A stretch of DNA of 37,368 nt from positions 1-37,368 of IMG/VR virus record IMGVR_UViG_3300005662_008223; one strand, 5' to 3'. The number at the start of each line of letters is the position of its first letter. Within the stretch, counting starts at the first letter, position 1. This document shows, in pieces, positions 17,130 through 26,645 of the stretch. The notes beneath the pieces are model-generated. The model made no database searches. It saw only the letters and a program-made list of their open reading frames with translations, and had not been told where the DNA came from. The position numbers and the translations under genes were made by a program. Source of the DNA: a virus (taxonomy: Duplodnaviria; Caudoviricetes).

Positions 17130-18596
17130 TTAATAAATTTCAGAATCGGCAACCCAATGAGCCAAACTTATTAAAGAAGCTGGCGCTGCTCCAAGTACTG
17201 ACTGATCAACTTGTATTACACACTTTCTTGTATTACTTCTTTTTGGTAGAGCAGTCGTAACGACTCCTGAATTAACAACTGATGTTAGCACATTTGCTAC
17301 TGAACCATCTCTAATTAAAGATTGAGCGGGTGTGCCATCAAACGGATTATAGACAGTTACTATCGGATTATCTCTTTTTTCGGTTTGATATTTTTGTGTT
17401 GTATTAAATTCTGTCGGATTTCCAGGAATTTTCGCAAATACTTCTCCATCCTCCAGGTTATCGATAAAGCCAGCTCCTCCTGATGTGTTTTGAAGGACGT
17501 CGCCAGCCTTTCGTTCTTTAGGATAACTCTTTTCGTAGTAACGCTGACATAATTGAAGCTCGAGAGCTTCTGGTTTATGTTCATATGGCGTGTTGCAATT
17601 ACCAATTTCTAATTGAACGCCTGTAATTTTTATCGTGCTTCCTGGAGCTTGTTTAATAAAAGGAATTAAAGTTGGTGAATTTTTTACAGTAATAAAATCT
17701 CCATCAATCCACGTTTCAGTCATATTGCTAGCAGCTACACCATAATTATTTCCTGTCCCTATATTAAAGGAAACGGTCAATCCTTCAGTGTTTCCTATTG
17801 TTGGTAGAGCAGAAGATGATATTAGGCTAACTGGATTGTTATCTCCAGAAATTGTAATAGTTTTTGTCTCCCAATCACTAGTGGTAGTTTCATAACTAAA
17901 AATATATGAGCGATAAGGAGTAGCAATTAAATTTGTTTTAACTTTTATTTGACCTGAATATCTGCCAACAACAGACGTTTTTACATTAAACGTAAGAGTT
18001 GTGGTTTCAGCAAAAGGAGTTCCATATTTTAATCTCGCTAGGTCTTTTAATTCAATAACTTGAGATAAACTTGCTTTTGTAAAATCTTCTGGAAAGCTTC
18101 CTGCATTTATTTGAGTTGTATCAACAGAAAGAGTTACAGAATTCGCAAAACCGAGAGGAGCATCAGTATCTCTAAATACTTTAATTGTTGCTGCAGTAGC
18201 AGGAGTTTGCGGACTGCATTCACAAAACCATCTATCCGCTGAGTATGCTCTGGCTATATTTGTAGGATGCGTTGGAATTATCAAAGGAGTGCTGCAATAT
18301 CTTTGATCGATTGTCATCGCACCGTTTAGTAAAAAATTCCGAAATGCAAATTGACCGCCATCAAAAGCAATGTGCTTGTTTTTGATACTTCTTGTAATTA
18401 CGTCAGCACTAAGCGTATTTGTTGCTAAATTTCTATTTAAATCAATCGTAGAAGAATCAATTGCTGTTAAAGCTGCAAGAATTGATAAATCATAAGTTCT
18501 ATTAAAAAGTTCAATAAACGCATCGTTTATTGTAGCTAATGAATCACCAATGCATTCATCTGGATCGATTGGATTATAAGAAGATAGAGTTGTCAT
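17130..18596 (-). CDS. Tail fibre / receptor-binding protein with putative carbohydrate-binding-like domain
   Basis: ECIGDSLATINDAFIEL anchor; FRNFLLNGAMTIDQR, ADRWF, ITGVQLEIG...TPYEHKP...ELQLCQRYYEKSY. Confidence 0.8.
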   Translation of the reverse strand: MTTLSSYNPIDPDECIGDSLATINDAFIELFNRTYDLSILAALTAIDSSTIDLNRNLATNTLSADVITRSIKNKHIAFDGGQFAFRNFLLNGAMTIDQRYCSTPLIIPTHPTNIARAYSADRWFCECSPQTPATAATIKVFRDTDAPLGFANSVTLSVDTTQINAGSFPEDFTKASLSQVIELKDLARLKYGTPFAETTTLTFNVKTSVVGRYSGQIKVKTNLIATPYRSYIFSYETTTSDWETKTITISGDNNPVSLISSSALPTIGNTEGLTVSFNIGTGNNYGVAASNMTETWIDGDFITVKNSPTLIPFIKQAPGSTIKITGVQLEIGNCNTPYEHKPEALELQLCQRYYEKSYPKERKAGDVLQNTSGGAGFIDNLEDGEVFAKIPGNPTEFNTTQKYQTEKRDNPIVTVYNPFDGTPAQSLIRDGSVANVLTSVVNSGVVTTALPKRSNTRKCVIQVDQSVLGAAPASLISLAHWVADSEIY

Positions 18597-18601
18597 GAGG
18601 C

Positions 18602-20635
18602 TTATTTACTAAATGTTTTGCTATAATCTATTGACCATCCAGCAAGATAAATTGGTTCTATAAAAGTATCTTTACAAGAAGGAAGATCAGTCAGAGTACT
18701 TAAATTAACGTGGCCTGGTCTTTTAACAAAAAACCTGCACATTTGATTTTTCGTAAGACCTTTAAATCCTTCAACTATAACAGGAAACTGTGTTGCAATT
18801 AAATTTCCATAGGGACGGACACTTGCAACCGCTCTTACCGTAGGAGTAGTTGAGAGTTGCATGGCGAAAGATGTTCCATTGCTAACTATTTGACCTCCTA
18901 ATTCAAAATTTACTGAAGATAAAAGAAGATCTCCTATAGTTTCCTGATAACCAGCAACTCTTGCGTAATAATACCTTCGATGGTCGTTTATTTGAGTGAA
19001 AGTTCCTCCTACCGCAACACTGTCTGGAGATTGCAAACGTAACAAAGAGTTACTTTCGATTAAAGGAGCTCCTTGAAGGTATACATTCCATTGTAAATCA
19101 ATTCCTTGATTGAAAAACAAATTAGTAGCTTTTTGAATTGCAGCAAGATAACTTACATCCGAATTATTAATCTTAGTAAATTGACCAGCAATGTAAAGAA
19201 CGCTTTGAGGATTTCTGTCATGAGATTTAATTGCTGTTACGGGTGCATTGAATCTCGGTTTCCAATATTCTAAAACTTTAGGGCTTTGGTGTTGAGCTAA
19301 AGAAAACGCCATGGCATACGAAAACGAATGCTTTAACTCTGGAGCTGGAGTAAGACGCGGAGGACTATTGAAATCAATTAAATTGTAAAATGTTGTAAAA
19401 TCACCGCCAACATAAAGCGTATTTACGGGCAAACAATAATCAGTAAATAATTCATAAACTGGACCATTTAGAATTGGAGACCAGGTATTAACTCGTAATC
19501 CCTGAGAGTTAATTGCTGCTAAATGCTGCGCAACTAATTTATGATCTTCTAAAATCATAAATCTTCCACCTATATATAAAGAATTTGTTTTACAAGCAAT
19601 GGAATGTATAATTGCTGGACCAAAAAACAATGCGGACGTATTTTCAGCAAAATTTATATCTATAGAAAAATTGGGACTAACAACTAAGTTAGTTAAATTA
19701 ATTTTAGCAATTCCGTTAGTCTTAACTACTGGAGATGTTAAAGGCACAGAACTATAGTTAATATAATCAAAATCCCCAACAACATATAAATTATCTCCAA
19801 CAATTAAAGAATCAATTATTCGTCCATTTACATAAAATTGTCTCGACAATCCCGAATTTAAACTTTGAACGGTTAACCCTCTTCCTTTTGTGATTGAATT
19901 AAAACTACCACCAACGATTAAAAGAGATTCGCCGAGAATATCAATTCGCTGAATTGTAGTTACAGTACCAAAATCTTCTAAAGTTCCTCCTCCTGCAGAT
20001 AGCGGATCTCCGAGTAAAGAGCCTGTTGTTCCATAAGGCATCGCAACACTTCCACCAGATAAACTAATAGCTGCTAATTTTTTTCTCGTAACACCTTCTA
20101 TTTCGGTAAATTCACCGCCGATGTATAGCGTATTCCCGTCTTGATACAAAGCGGTCACTATATCATTTGGCCAAACTTTTCCTCTTTTATATAAGTTTTG
20201 AGAAGTTGCGCTGTTTGTTGCATATACTGTAGTATTGACATTGATTGCAGAGGAAAGCCAATACAAAGTAACCAAAGGGGAATTATCTTCAAGAGAAACC
20301 GTCTCAAAATAGCCAACAGGTTTTGGTTGACCTAAAGAAGCATAATCAAATTTATATGTATTAATTTCAGTTCCGTCATTAAAGGAATACGTTGCAGTAA
20401 CTACATTAGTTGTCGTAAAAGAAAACTCTTTTTGATATTCAATCGAATTTTGTGTATTGACTTTATATATAAATTGATTTCGTTCCGAAATAATTTCTTC
20501 AATGTGAATTCCATGATGTTCTCGTATAACAGGAACAGTTGCTGCAAAATCATTCAAAGAAACAAAATTGTCATTAATTTTTGTTAATGAATTTCCTACG
20601 CATTCGTCTTGGGAGATTGTATTGATCAAATTCAT
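18602..20635 (-). CDS. Fibre/baseplate-associated protein with beta-propeller repeats
   Basis: ECVGNSLTKINDNFVSL anchor; about seven LY(I/V)GGxFT-type blades. Confidence 0.75.
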   Translation of the reverse strand: MNLINTISQDECVGNSLTKINDNFVSLNDFAATVPVIREHHGIHIEEIISERNQFIYKVNTQNSIEYQKEFSFTTTNVVTATYSFNDGTEINTYKFDYASLGQPKPVGYFETVSLEDNSPLVTLYWLSSAINVNTTVYATNSATSQNLYKRGKVWPNDIVTALYQDGNTLYIGGEFTEIEGVTRKKLAAISLSGGSVAMPYGTTGSLLGDPLSAGGGTLEDFGTVTTIQRIDILGESLLIVGGSFNSITKGRGLTVQSLNSGLSRQFYVNGRIIDSLIVGDNLYVVGDFDYINYSSVPLTSPVVKTNGIAKINLTNLVVSPNFSIDINFAENTSALFFGPAIIHSIACKTNSLYIGGRFMILEDHKLVAQHLAAINSQGLRVNTWSPILNGPVYELFTDYCLPVNTLYVGGDFTTFYNLIDFNSPPRLTPAPELKHSFSYAMAFSLAQHQSPKVLEYWKPRFNAPVTAIKSHDRNPQSVLYIAGQFTKINNSDVSYLAAIQKATNLFFNQGIDLQWNVYLQGAPLIESNSLLRLQSPDSVAVGGTFTQINDHRRYYYARVAGYQETIGDLLLSSVNFELGGQIVSNGTSFAMQLSTTPTVRAVASVRPYGNLIATQFPVIVEGFKGLTKNQMCRFFVKRPGHVNLSTLTDLPSCKDTFIEPIYLAGWSIDYSKTFSK

Positions 20636-20638
20636 GTG

Positions 20639-21919
20639 TTATATATATTCTACGTCAATGGCATAATGCCAGGTTGACATTGAGTTTACAGCTGGTGTAG
20701 ATGTACCAGCAAATTGTGCAACAAGTTGTCTCGAAGACGTATAAACCGAATCCAAAACAATGTTGCCATCAGTAGACGTATTAGCTAAATTAGGGCTCGA
20801 TGAGTTAAAATTTCCAGTAGTTGGATGATAAAATTTGACATGTCCAACGCCAGGAGTTATTCTCTTAGTTGTTTGAAACTGAGAAATTAATTTAACTCCA
20901 GCTGTTGTAGTTCCATGAACAAGTATTTGCGCCCCAATCTTAGAATTTGTTCCTGGAGAAACATCTACTTCGTAACTTTTTTCATAAAATCTCTGACAAA
21001 GCTTGAGTTCAATTTCGTATGGTCTGATTTCAAATGCAGTAGCTCTCGTGCCTGCTTCAACTTGAATACTTGAAAAGAAAACCGTTGATGATGCATTATT
21101 GTCAATATCAATACAGAGTTCTAAATAATCTTCATTACTTAAATAATTGTAAGAAGCAGTAGGATTTGAAGTAGGACTTGTTGGAAGAGTTATTACATAT
21201 TCATATTTTTTCCAAGAGCCTGGTTGTAAAGTTTGAGTTATACTCGAAGACGTTGTTGTAGTAGGAGAAGGAGAAGTTGTAATAAATTGTTTGAAAAACG
21301 TTTTAACTTGAACTGGACTTGTTACATAAGCATAAAAAGAAACAGTTACTTTTCTACCTGCAAGAGTTTTTACGTTCTCTATTCTTTGAAATAAACGCGG
21401 CCAAACGTTTGACGTGCCTGGATTTGTTATGCTATAAGAAAGAAAATATTTTGGATTGTAAAATTCAGGATTGGAACCAGCAAATTGAGAGGAAGGAGCG
21501 ATTGCATTAAATGGCTCTTGTTTAACTGTAACTGTTGCTGAACCAGTAGGACCTCCAGCAAGCACTCCCCATCTATCAGCAGTAAATATTAAAGCAGGTC
21601 CTGTTATTCCAACAAAGGATGAACCTCTTTGCCAAAAATCGAACGAACCATTTATTAGTTTGTTTCTAAAACCATAATTTCCCTCATCAAAAGCAAGCTT
21701 ATAGTTGGTAAGCGATCTATCATTAATATAGCTCTGAAGATTGCGAGAGATGTTGTTATAACTCAAGCTTACCATTGAAGTGTCTGTAACGTTTATAGTG
21801 CTAGAAGATAAATCACACACATAACTTTCTAACGAGCTAAAATTATCATTAATTTTTACAAGAGAATCTCCAATACATTCAGACCCGTAAATAAAATTTG
21901 TTATTCCGCATTGTGGCAT
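20639..21919 (-). CDS. Tail fibre / receptor-binding protein, paralogue of 17130..18596
   Basis: ECIGDSLVKINDNFSSL anchor; FRNKLINGSFDFWQRG, ADRW, IQVEAG...ATAFEIRP...ELKLCQRFYEKSY. Confidence 0.8.
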   Translation of the reverse strand: MPQCGITNFIYGSECIGDSLVKINDNFSSLESYVCDLSSSTINVTDTSMVSLSYNNISRNLQSYINDRSLTNYKLAFDEGNYGFRNKLINGSFDFWQRGSSFVGITGPALIFTADRWGVLAGGPTGSATVTVKQEPFNAIAPSSQFAGSNPEFYNPKYFLSYSITNPGTSNVWPRLFQRIENVKTLAGRKVTVSFYAYVTSPVQVKTFFKQFITTSPSPTTTTSSSITQTLQPGSWKKYEYVITLPTSPTSNPTASYNYLSNEDYLELCIDIDNNASSTVFFSSIQVEAGTRATAFEIRPYEIELKLCQRFYEKSYEVDVSPGTNSKIGAQILVHGTTTAGVKLISQFQTTKRITPGVGHVKFYHPTTGNFNSSSPNLANTSTDGNIVLDSVYTSSRQLVAQFAGTSTPAVNSMSTWHYAIDVEYI

Positions 21920-21945
21920 ATGTAAATGTTATTTATTATAAAAAA

Positions 21946-22413
21946 TCAAATTTCAATGATTTCAGAGGGTTTATCGAAAAGCTTTTTCATTATTTCTTCT
22001 CTCGTAGCAACTAAAACATTATTATTTGTAACATGTTGCGTAGAGCCTTTTAATTGTGCCAATTGTTTTTTGCCTTCAAGTTTAATCATTTCTAATTGTT
22101 CGTCTCTATCAGCCTTTTTATCTATTAACGAACCTCTATTTAAAGTGTCTAAAGTTTGAGCTGTTGCTGCCATTAATTTAGACAATGCTTCAATTTCGCG
22201 TGCATCTTGTCCTTGCACAATCGTATGAGTTAAATCTTGTACTGCATTTACCCCAGCTTCGATAATTGCTTTACTTTTATCTAAAAAAAACTGCTTTGCG
22301 TCTTCTTCTTTTAATGTCTGTGACTCAATTGATGCAGTTCCCTTTGACTTGAGCGGCATCTCAAAGCTTGATAATTCATCTAAAAGAGTAGAAATATCTT
22401 GATCGTTATTCAC
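21946..22413 (-). CDS. Probable terminase small subunit, T4 gp16-like
   Basis: Helical 155-aa protein; QDAREIEALSKLM resembles the gp16 PRxxEV motif and VTNNNVLVATREEIMKKL resembles the gp16 VTNN..FVGST.EL tail; GTG start with TAAATA box at 22419-22424. Confidence 0.65.
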   Translation of the reverse strand: MNNDQDISTLLDELSSFEMPLKSKGTASIESQTLKEEDAKQFFLDKSKAIIEAGVNAVQDLTHTIVQGQDAREIEALSKLMAATAQTLDTLNRGSLIDKKADRDEQLEMIKLEGKKQLAQLKGSTQHVTNNNVLVATREEIMKKLFDKPSEIIEI

Positions 22414-22431
22414 ATTTTTATTTAAGGTCGT

Positions 22432-22462
22432 TTGACAATTTTGCTATATATAGTAATATTCT
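22432..22462 (+). promoter_or_regulatory. Sigma70-like promoter for the plus-strand replication island
   Basis: TTGACA at 22432-22437; candidate -10 TAATAT (22454-22459) or TATTCT (22457-22462). Confidence 0.5.
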
Positions 22463-22468
22463 TTCTGT

Positions 22469-22663
22469 ATGCAAATCACAGTACAAACAAGAGTAGGTTT
22501 ATTTATTATTCCGGATTCGAAAGAATCTGATTTTATTGTCTGGCTACAGCAAAATGCTATTAAGGCTGGAAATCAGGCTGTTTACGAGCAAGGACAAACT
22601 ATAAGTCAAAGTGGATATACAGGAAGACAGTTAATTTCTGAAGATATTGGAAGGGAGTTTTAA
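22469..22663 (+). CDS. Hypothetical small protein
   Basis: 64-aa ORF heading the plus-strand block; 3-nt gap to the next gene. Confidence 0.65.
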   Translation: MQITVQTRVGLFIIPDSKESDFIVWLQQNAIKAGNQAVYEQGQTISQSGYTGRQLISEDIGREF

Positions 22664-22666
22664 ACT

Positions 22667-23176
22667 ATGAAACATATTTTAGGTCCTAACTCTAGAAGTA
22701 ATCTCACTAATGTTCAAGAAGGAGACAGTCAACCTAATGCAGTTGATCTTCGATTGGATAAAGTTTTTAAGATTCTTCCAACCATTTTCGAAATTTCTGA
22801 CAACCATAAGAAGCTAAGAGAGACTCTAGAAGTGTTTCCTGATGAAGAAGGATATTTTAATCTTGATGTAGGAAGTTATGAGGTTGTTATGAGCAATGGT
22901 ATTTCAGTTGGAGATTCGGAGGCAGGTTGGGTTATAACGAGAAGTACTTTAAATCGTTCGGATATTTTTATTACATCAGGATTATACGATACAAAATATA
23001 ACGGTTGCATGGCTGGTTGTTTGCATGTGGGAACCGGTTCAGCTCGAATTAAAAAAGGAACAAGAATTGCTCAATATCTTAGTTTTGATGCAGAAGCATT
23101 GCACGACTACAATGGAAGTTACGGCTTCGGAGTAGACGGAAAACCAAAAGCTGATGAAGCAAAATATCATGTATAA
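22667..23176 (+). CDS. Trimeric dUTPase / dCTP deaminase family protein
   Basis: QPNAVDLRL, RSTLNRS, SGLYDTKYNG, RIAQ, YNGSY. No obvious deaminase catalytic Glu after the D..Y.G motif, so dUTPase activity is favoured. Confidence 0.85.
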   Translation: MKHILGPNSRSNLTNVQEGDSQPNAVDLRLDKVFKILPTIFEISDNHKKLRETLEVFPDEEGYFNLDVGSYEVVMSNGISVGDSEAGWVITRSTLNRSDIFITSGLYDTKYNGCMAGCLHVGTGSARIKKGTRIAQYLSFDAEALHDYNGSYGFGVDGKPKADEAKYHV

Positions 23177-23354
23177 GTTTCAAATAGGAGATAAAATTCG
23201 TAAGTCAAAGGGGTATACGTTTAATGGAGAAGTGCGTTCCGTGTTTACTACAATTGGAGGAGAAGTGAGAGTAGTTGCTGAGCTAACTACAGAAAATGGT
23301 ATTGGAATGCTTCATATTTTTAGTGAGTCTCAGCTTGAATTAAGAAATGAGTGA
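23169..23354 (+). CDS. SH3-fold miniprotein resembling type II dihydrofolate reductase (DfrB/R67)
   Basis: FQIGDKIRKSKG...GEV...VAE...GMLHIF...LE aligns by eye with DfrB FGMGDRVRKKSG...GQI...AVE...GSVQIY...LE. Start set at ATG 23169. Confidence 0.55.
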   Translation: MYKFQIGDKIRKSKGYTFNGEVRSVFTTIGGEVRVVAELTTENGIGMLHIFSESQLELRNE

Positions 23355-24279
23355 ATTTAACAATCTTTTCGTAGAAAAATATAGACCTAAAACGTTAGAC
23401 GATATTGTCTTATCTAAAGACGACAGACAGTTCTTTGAGTCTCTTGCAAACAAACAAGAAATTCCGCATTTGCTTTTTGCTGGAGTACAAGGAAGTGGTA
23501 AGACGTCTCTTAGTAAAATTATTATTAATGACATTTTAAAATGTGATTATTTGTATATTAATGCTTCAGATGAAACTGGTATTGATACCATACGAACAAA
23601 GGTAATAGGTTTTGCGAGAACTCGCTCAATTGATGGTAAAATTAAAATTGTTTTATTAGATGAGGCCGATTCCATATCATTTGAAGCAATGAAAGCATTA
23701 AGAAATGTTATGGAAGAATTTAGTTTAACTTGCAGGTTTATTTTAACATGCAATTATTTGCACAAAATTATTCCTCCAATTCAATCTAGATGCACAATTA
23801 TTAATTTAACACCTCCTATAGAAGGGGTGGTTCAAAGAGTAAAGCAAATATTACAGTTAGAAGGCATAACAATTCCTGAAAACCAAAAAGCTCTTTTAGT
23901 AGAACATATTCGCAAAAATCTTCCTGACATTAGAAGAATTATAAATGATATACAAAAATTTTCCGTAAGTGGCTCATTTGCACTAAAGTCGGATGGGTCT
24001 TCAGATTTCAGTAAAACAATTTTTAAGTCTATTTTAAATAAACAAGATTTAGTAAGCTTGCGTAAAGAAATTATTAAAAACGAAAGATTGTTTTCAAGTG
24101 ATTATAGAAATCTTCTTAAACAATTGTTTGAAACAGTTTTTGAAGAAACTTCATTAAATCAAGATAAAAAAGTAGACCTTTTGATGATTATATCAAAAGG
24201 TCTTGAAGCAGATGCTTTTGTTGTAGACAAAGAAATTAATTGTTTTTCGGTGCTATTAAATTTATCAAAACAAATTTAA
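23347..24279 (+). CDS. gp44: Sliding-clamp loader ATPase subunit (T4 gp44 / RFC small subunit-like)
   Basis: VEKYRPKTLDD, Walker A GVQGSGKTS, INASDETGIDTIR, Walker B LLDEAD, SRC motif. Confidence 0.95.
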   Translation: MSEFNNLFVEKYRPKTLDDIVLSKDDRQFFESLANKQEIPHLLFAGVQGSGKTSLSKIIINDILKCDYLYINASDETGIDTIRTKVIGFARTRSIDGKIKIVLLDEADSISFEAMKALRNVMEEFSLTCRFILTCNYLHKIIPPIQSRCTIINLTPPIEGVVQRVKQILQLEGITIPENQKALLVEHIRKNLPDIRRIINDIQKFSVSGSFALKSDGSSDFSKTIFKSILNKQDLVSLRKEIIKNERLFSSDYRNLLKQLFETVFEETSLNQDKKVDLLMIISKGLEADAFVVDKEINCFSVLLNLSKQI

Positions 24280-24542
24280 CTTCTTCCACAACATTTTCTT
24301 ACAGGAGGCTGTTGTTCTGGAACAACAGGTTGAACGACTGGTCTTCCTTCCTCTACAGAAGGAGTTGCTATATTACTAGTTTGTTCCTCTTTAGGTTGCG
24401 AAGAAACAAAATTCACTAATGCTTGAGAACAAGCTTGTGGATCAGGTAAGGTTTCTGTGGTGAAAACTATTTGTTCGTTTTCAACTGCATGTCCCACCCA
24501 ACCATTTTCATTATTAGTTACGTGAAGTGTGTATTTGCTCAT
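24276..24542 (-). CDS. Hypothetical protein with Pro/Gln-rich tail ending RKCCGRS
   Basis: 88-aa ORF; N-terminal half similar to the upstream 53-aa ORF. Confidence 0.7.
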   Translation of the reverse strand: MSKYTLHVTNNENGWVGHAVENEQIVFTTETLPDPQACSQALVNFVSSQPKEEQTSNIATPSVEEGRPVVQPVVPEQQPPVRKCCGRS

Positions 24543-24545
24543 ATA

Positions 24546-24707
24546 TTAATAATTTGATTGAAGTTCTATGGATTTTGTTACAGCAGAATTTTTACATTCT
24601 TCTTCTGTTTCGAAAACGTCAGTGGTAAAAATTAAAATTCCCGAATCATAAATTTTAGCAATCCATCCACCTTCTACTTGTTCTGTTTTAGTTTTTAATA
24701 TTCTCAT
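24546..24707 (-). CDS. Small hypothetical protein (53 aa), paralogue of 24276..24542
   Basis: Not in the ORF track. MRILKTKTEQVEGGWIAKIYDSGILIFTTDVFETEEECKNSAVTKSIELQSNY; fills the gap; TAAATA box at 24715-24720. Confidence 0.75.
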   Translation of the reverse strand: MRILKTKTEQVEGGWIAKIYDSGILIFTTDVFETEEECKNSAVTKSIELQSNY

Positions 24708-24726
24708 ATAAAATTATTTAATGTTT

Positions 24727-26640
24727 TTATTTTATTTTTTCAAACACAGTTTCTCTTTTTTTCACACGATGTATTTTGACAGCATAAATTCTATTATAAT
24801 ATACTCCAGCTTCAAATAAATGTTCTACTTTTACGACAAACCATTGTCCGTATAATTTATTATTATAATCATTATCCGGTGCTCCATCTGATCTATCTAT
24901 AGCGATAAAAGCGCCTGTTTCTCTATATGGAAGACCGAATACAGTAAAAGCAATACAAGCATTATGAAATAGTCCGCAATGAAGCAGATAATGAAGTCCT
25001 TTCGTTTGTCTTACAGTAGAATTGTCTCCGTTTACTGAAAATACTGGAAATATATTAAAGTTATTAGGTTCCACTTTACTTTCATGAATCACAGGTAAAA
25101 ACAAATCTTCAGGATTTGATGAATCTTGTTTATAAACGTTTTTAATCCAAGCTTCTGCTATAACTTTTCTTGCTTTTAAAACAGAATTTTTAGTAAAATC
25201 TATATCATATATTCGCTTTTTAAAATCATATGAATATACTGGACGCGAACGAAACACATTAGAGTTAGTAGCTGGAGACATATCAACAAAAGCAAAAGAT
25301 GAAATCTGTCCATATTTAAACGTTTTTAAATCTCGTTCAGACTGATCCTGTGCATCTGTGTAAGGAGCTTTAAACTTTCTGTTTAGCTTAGCTCCTTTCA
25401 TTTTTTCTTCTTTTTCGTTTATAGTTTGTGACGTAACAAAAAAATGTTCTAACTGCAATTCTCCAGGCTTCTCCCCTTCTGTAGATTGTTCAAAAAATTT
25501 TCCTAATGGCAGTAAGCATATTGTTGTATAATCCGGAACCGCAGCTCCTTTTCTAGAATGGAGTATGCACATATCAAATATTTCATCTGCTTGATCTCCA
25601 ACATATTTTTCACTCACATGATGTGCATAAACATATTCTAAGTCTTCGAGAGCAGAACAATCAGCAGGAGAGGTATAAAAAAGTTCACTCTTTCCTTTGT
25701 CCCAATTTATGCTTTTTATTGATTTTGATTTTCCTAATGGAGAAGCGGTTGCTGTTGATTCAGTATCGCATATAGGAACGTGTTTAAATTCCGTTTCAGT
25801 GTATTTGGAAAAAGCTGCATTTAAAATGTCCGACATTGCATCACCAGTAAATAATGTTCCTTGATTTGCTAGCTTATCTTCTGTAAAGTCTGGAGTGTAT
25901 TTTCCTACATCAAATGGGGACGCAGTAGAATATTCAAGATTTGTTGTTTCTAAAATATGATGCCTTACATCTTTAAAATAAAGCTTTAAGCATTTCATGT
26001 AAGTGCTTACTTGCATGTCCATGTTTGGAATATCATCAATATCTTCTACTTCATATATTGAAAACATATACGAAAGAGTCCATTCAGGCTTTAATTCCAT
26101 TTTAAGATTTTCTGAAGCAATTGAAGGAACAGCGTCATTATTATTTTTAGATGGAATACTTTCGCATGAAATAATGACTCTTAAAAGATCAAACCCATCA
26201 CCTCTGAATTCATAATGTTCTAAGTTTTTTCCAGTTTCTATAGCAGCACCCGTCACTGCTGTTGCTGCTTTATTTCCTCCGTTTGCATCACTAGCAGCAG
26301 ACTCAGCATCTTTTTCAGGTATATACATGAATACCATAGTTCCGTCATCAGCCCACTCACTGAATGTATCACTTATTCCAAGCTTTACAATAGAAGATGG
26401 ATTTATATGAAACATGTTAACATTAGAAAAAGAACCACTGTTAGAAAGGTATACTTGAACTTTATAGTTTAACCCATTATAAACCATTGATTTATATCCT
26501 TTCTCATCAAACAAATTTGTGGGAGGAGTATCTGGTAGAATCGAGCGTATACCGTTTTTAACCGCATCCGCAGCGTTTTTAGCAGCGTTTGATAAATTTG
26601 CTACAGGATTACTGCTTCCTAATTTTAAAATATCTAACAT
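24727..26640 (-). CDS. Probable baseplate hub protein (gp27/gpD-like)
   Basis: C-terminal FTVFG...GAFIAIDR...KLYGQWFVVKVEHLF...YYNRIYAVK typical of hub proteins; follows the gp53-like gene. Confidence 0.65.
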   Translation of the reverse strand: MLDILKLGSSNPVANLSNAAKNAADAVKNGIRSILPDTPPTNLFDEKGYKSMVYNGLNYKVQVYLSNSGSFSNVNMFHINPSSIVKLGISDTFSEWADDGTMVFMYIPEKDAESAASDANGGNKAATAVTGAAIETGKNLEHYEFRGDGFDLLRVIISCESIPSKNNNDAVPSIASENLKMELKPEWTLSYMFSIYEVEDIDDIPNMDMQVSTYMKCLKLYFKDVRHHILETTNLEYSTASPFDVGKYTPDFTEDKLANQGTLFTGDAMSDILNAAFSKYTETEFKHVPICDTESTATASPLGKSKSIKSINWDKGKSELFYTSPADCSALEDLEYVYAHHVSEKYVGDQADEIFDMCILHSRKGAAVPDYTTICLLPLGKFFEQSTEGEKPGELQLEHFFVTSQTINEKEEKMKGAKLNRKFKAPYTDAQDQSERDLKTFKYGQISSFAFVDMSPATNSNVFRSRPVYSYDFKKRIYDIDFTKNSVLKARKVIAEAWIKNVYKQDSSNPEDLFLPVIHESKVEPNNFNIFPVFSVNGDNSTVRQTKGLHYLLHCGLFHNACIAFTVFGLPYRETGAFIAIDRSDGAPDNDYNNKLYGQWFVVKVEHLFEAGVYYNRIYAVKIHRVKKRETVFEKIK

Positions 26641-26645
26641 ACGAA

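Noticed and set aside
13394-21919. Diversity-generating retroelement or shufflon acting on the fibre cassette
   Set aside because: No reverse transcriptase or recombinase in the window, and I saw no near-identical nucleotide repeats; the similarity is at protein level.
23154-23168. Upstream ATG for the DfrB-like ORF
   Set aside because: ATG at 23169 gives the usual short overlap with the upstream stop and starts at the domain boundary; not certain.
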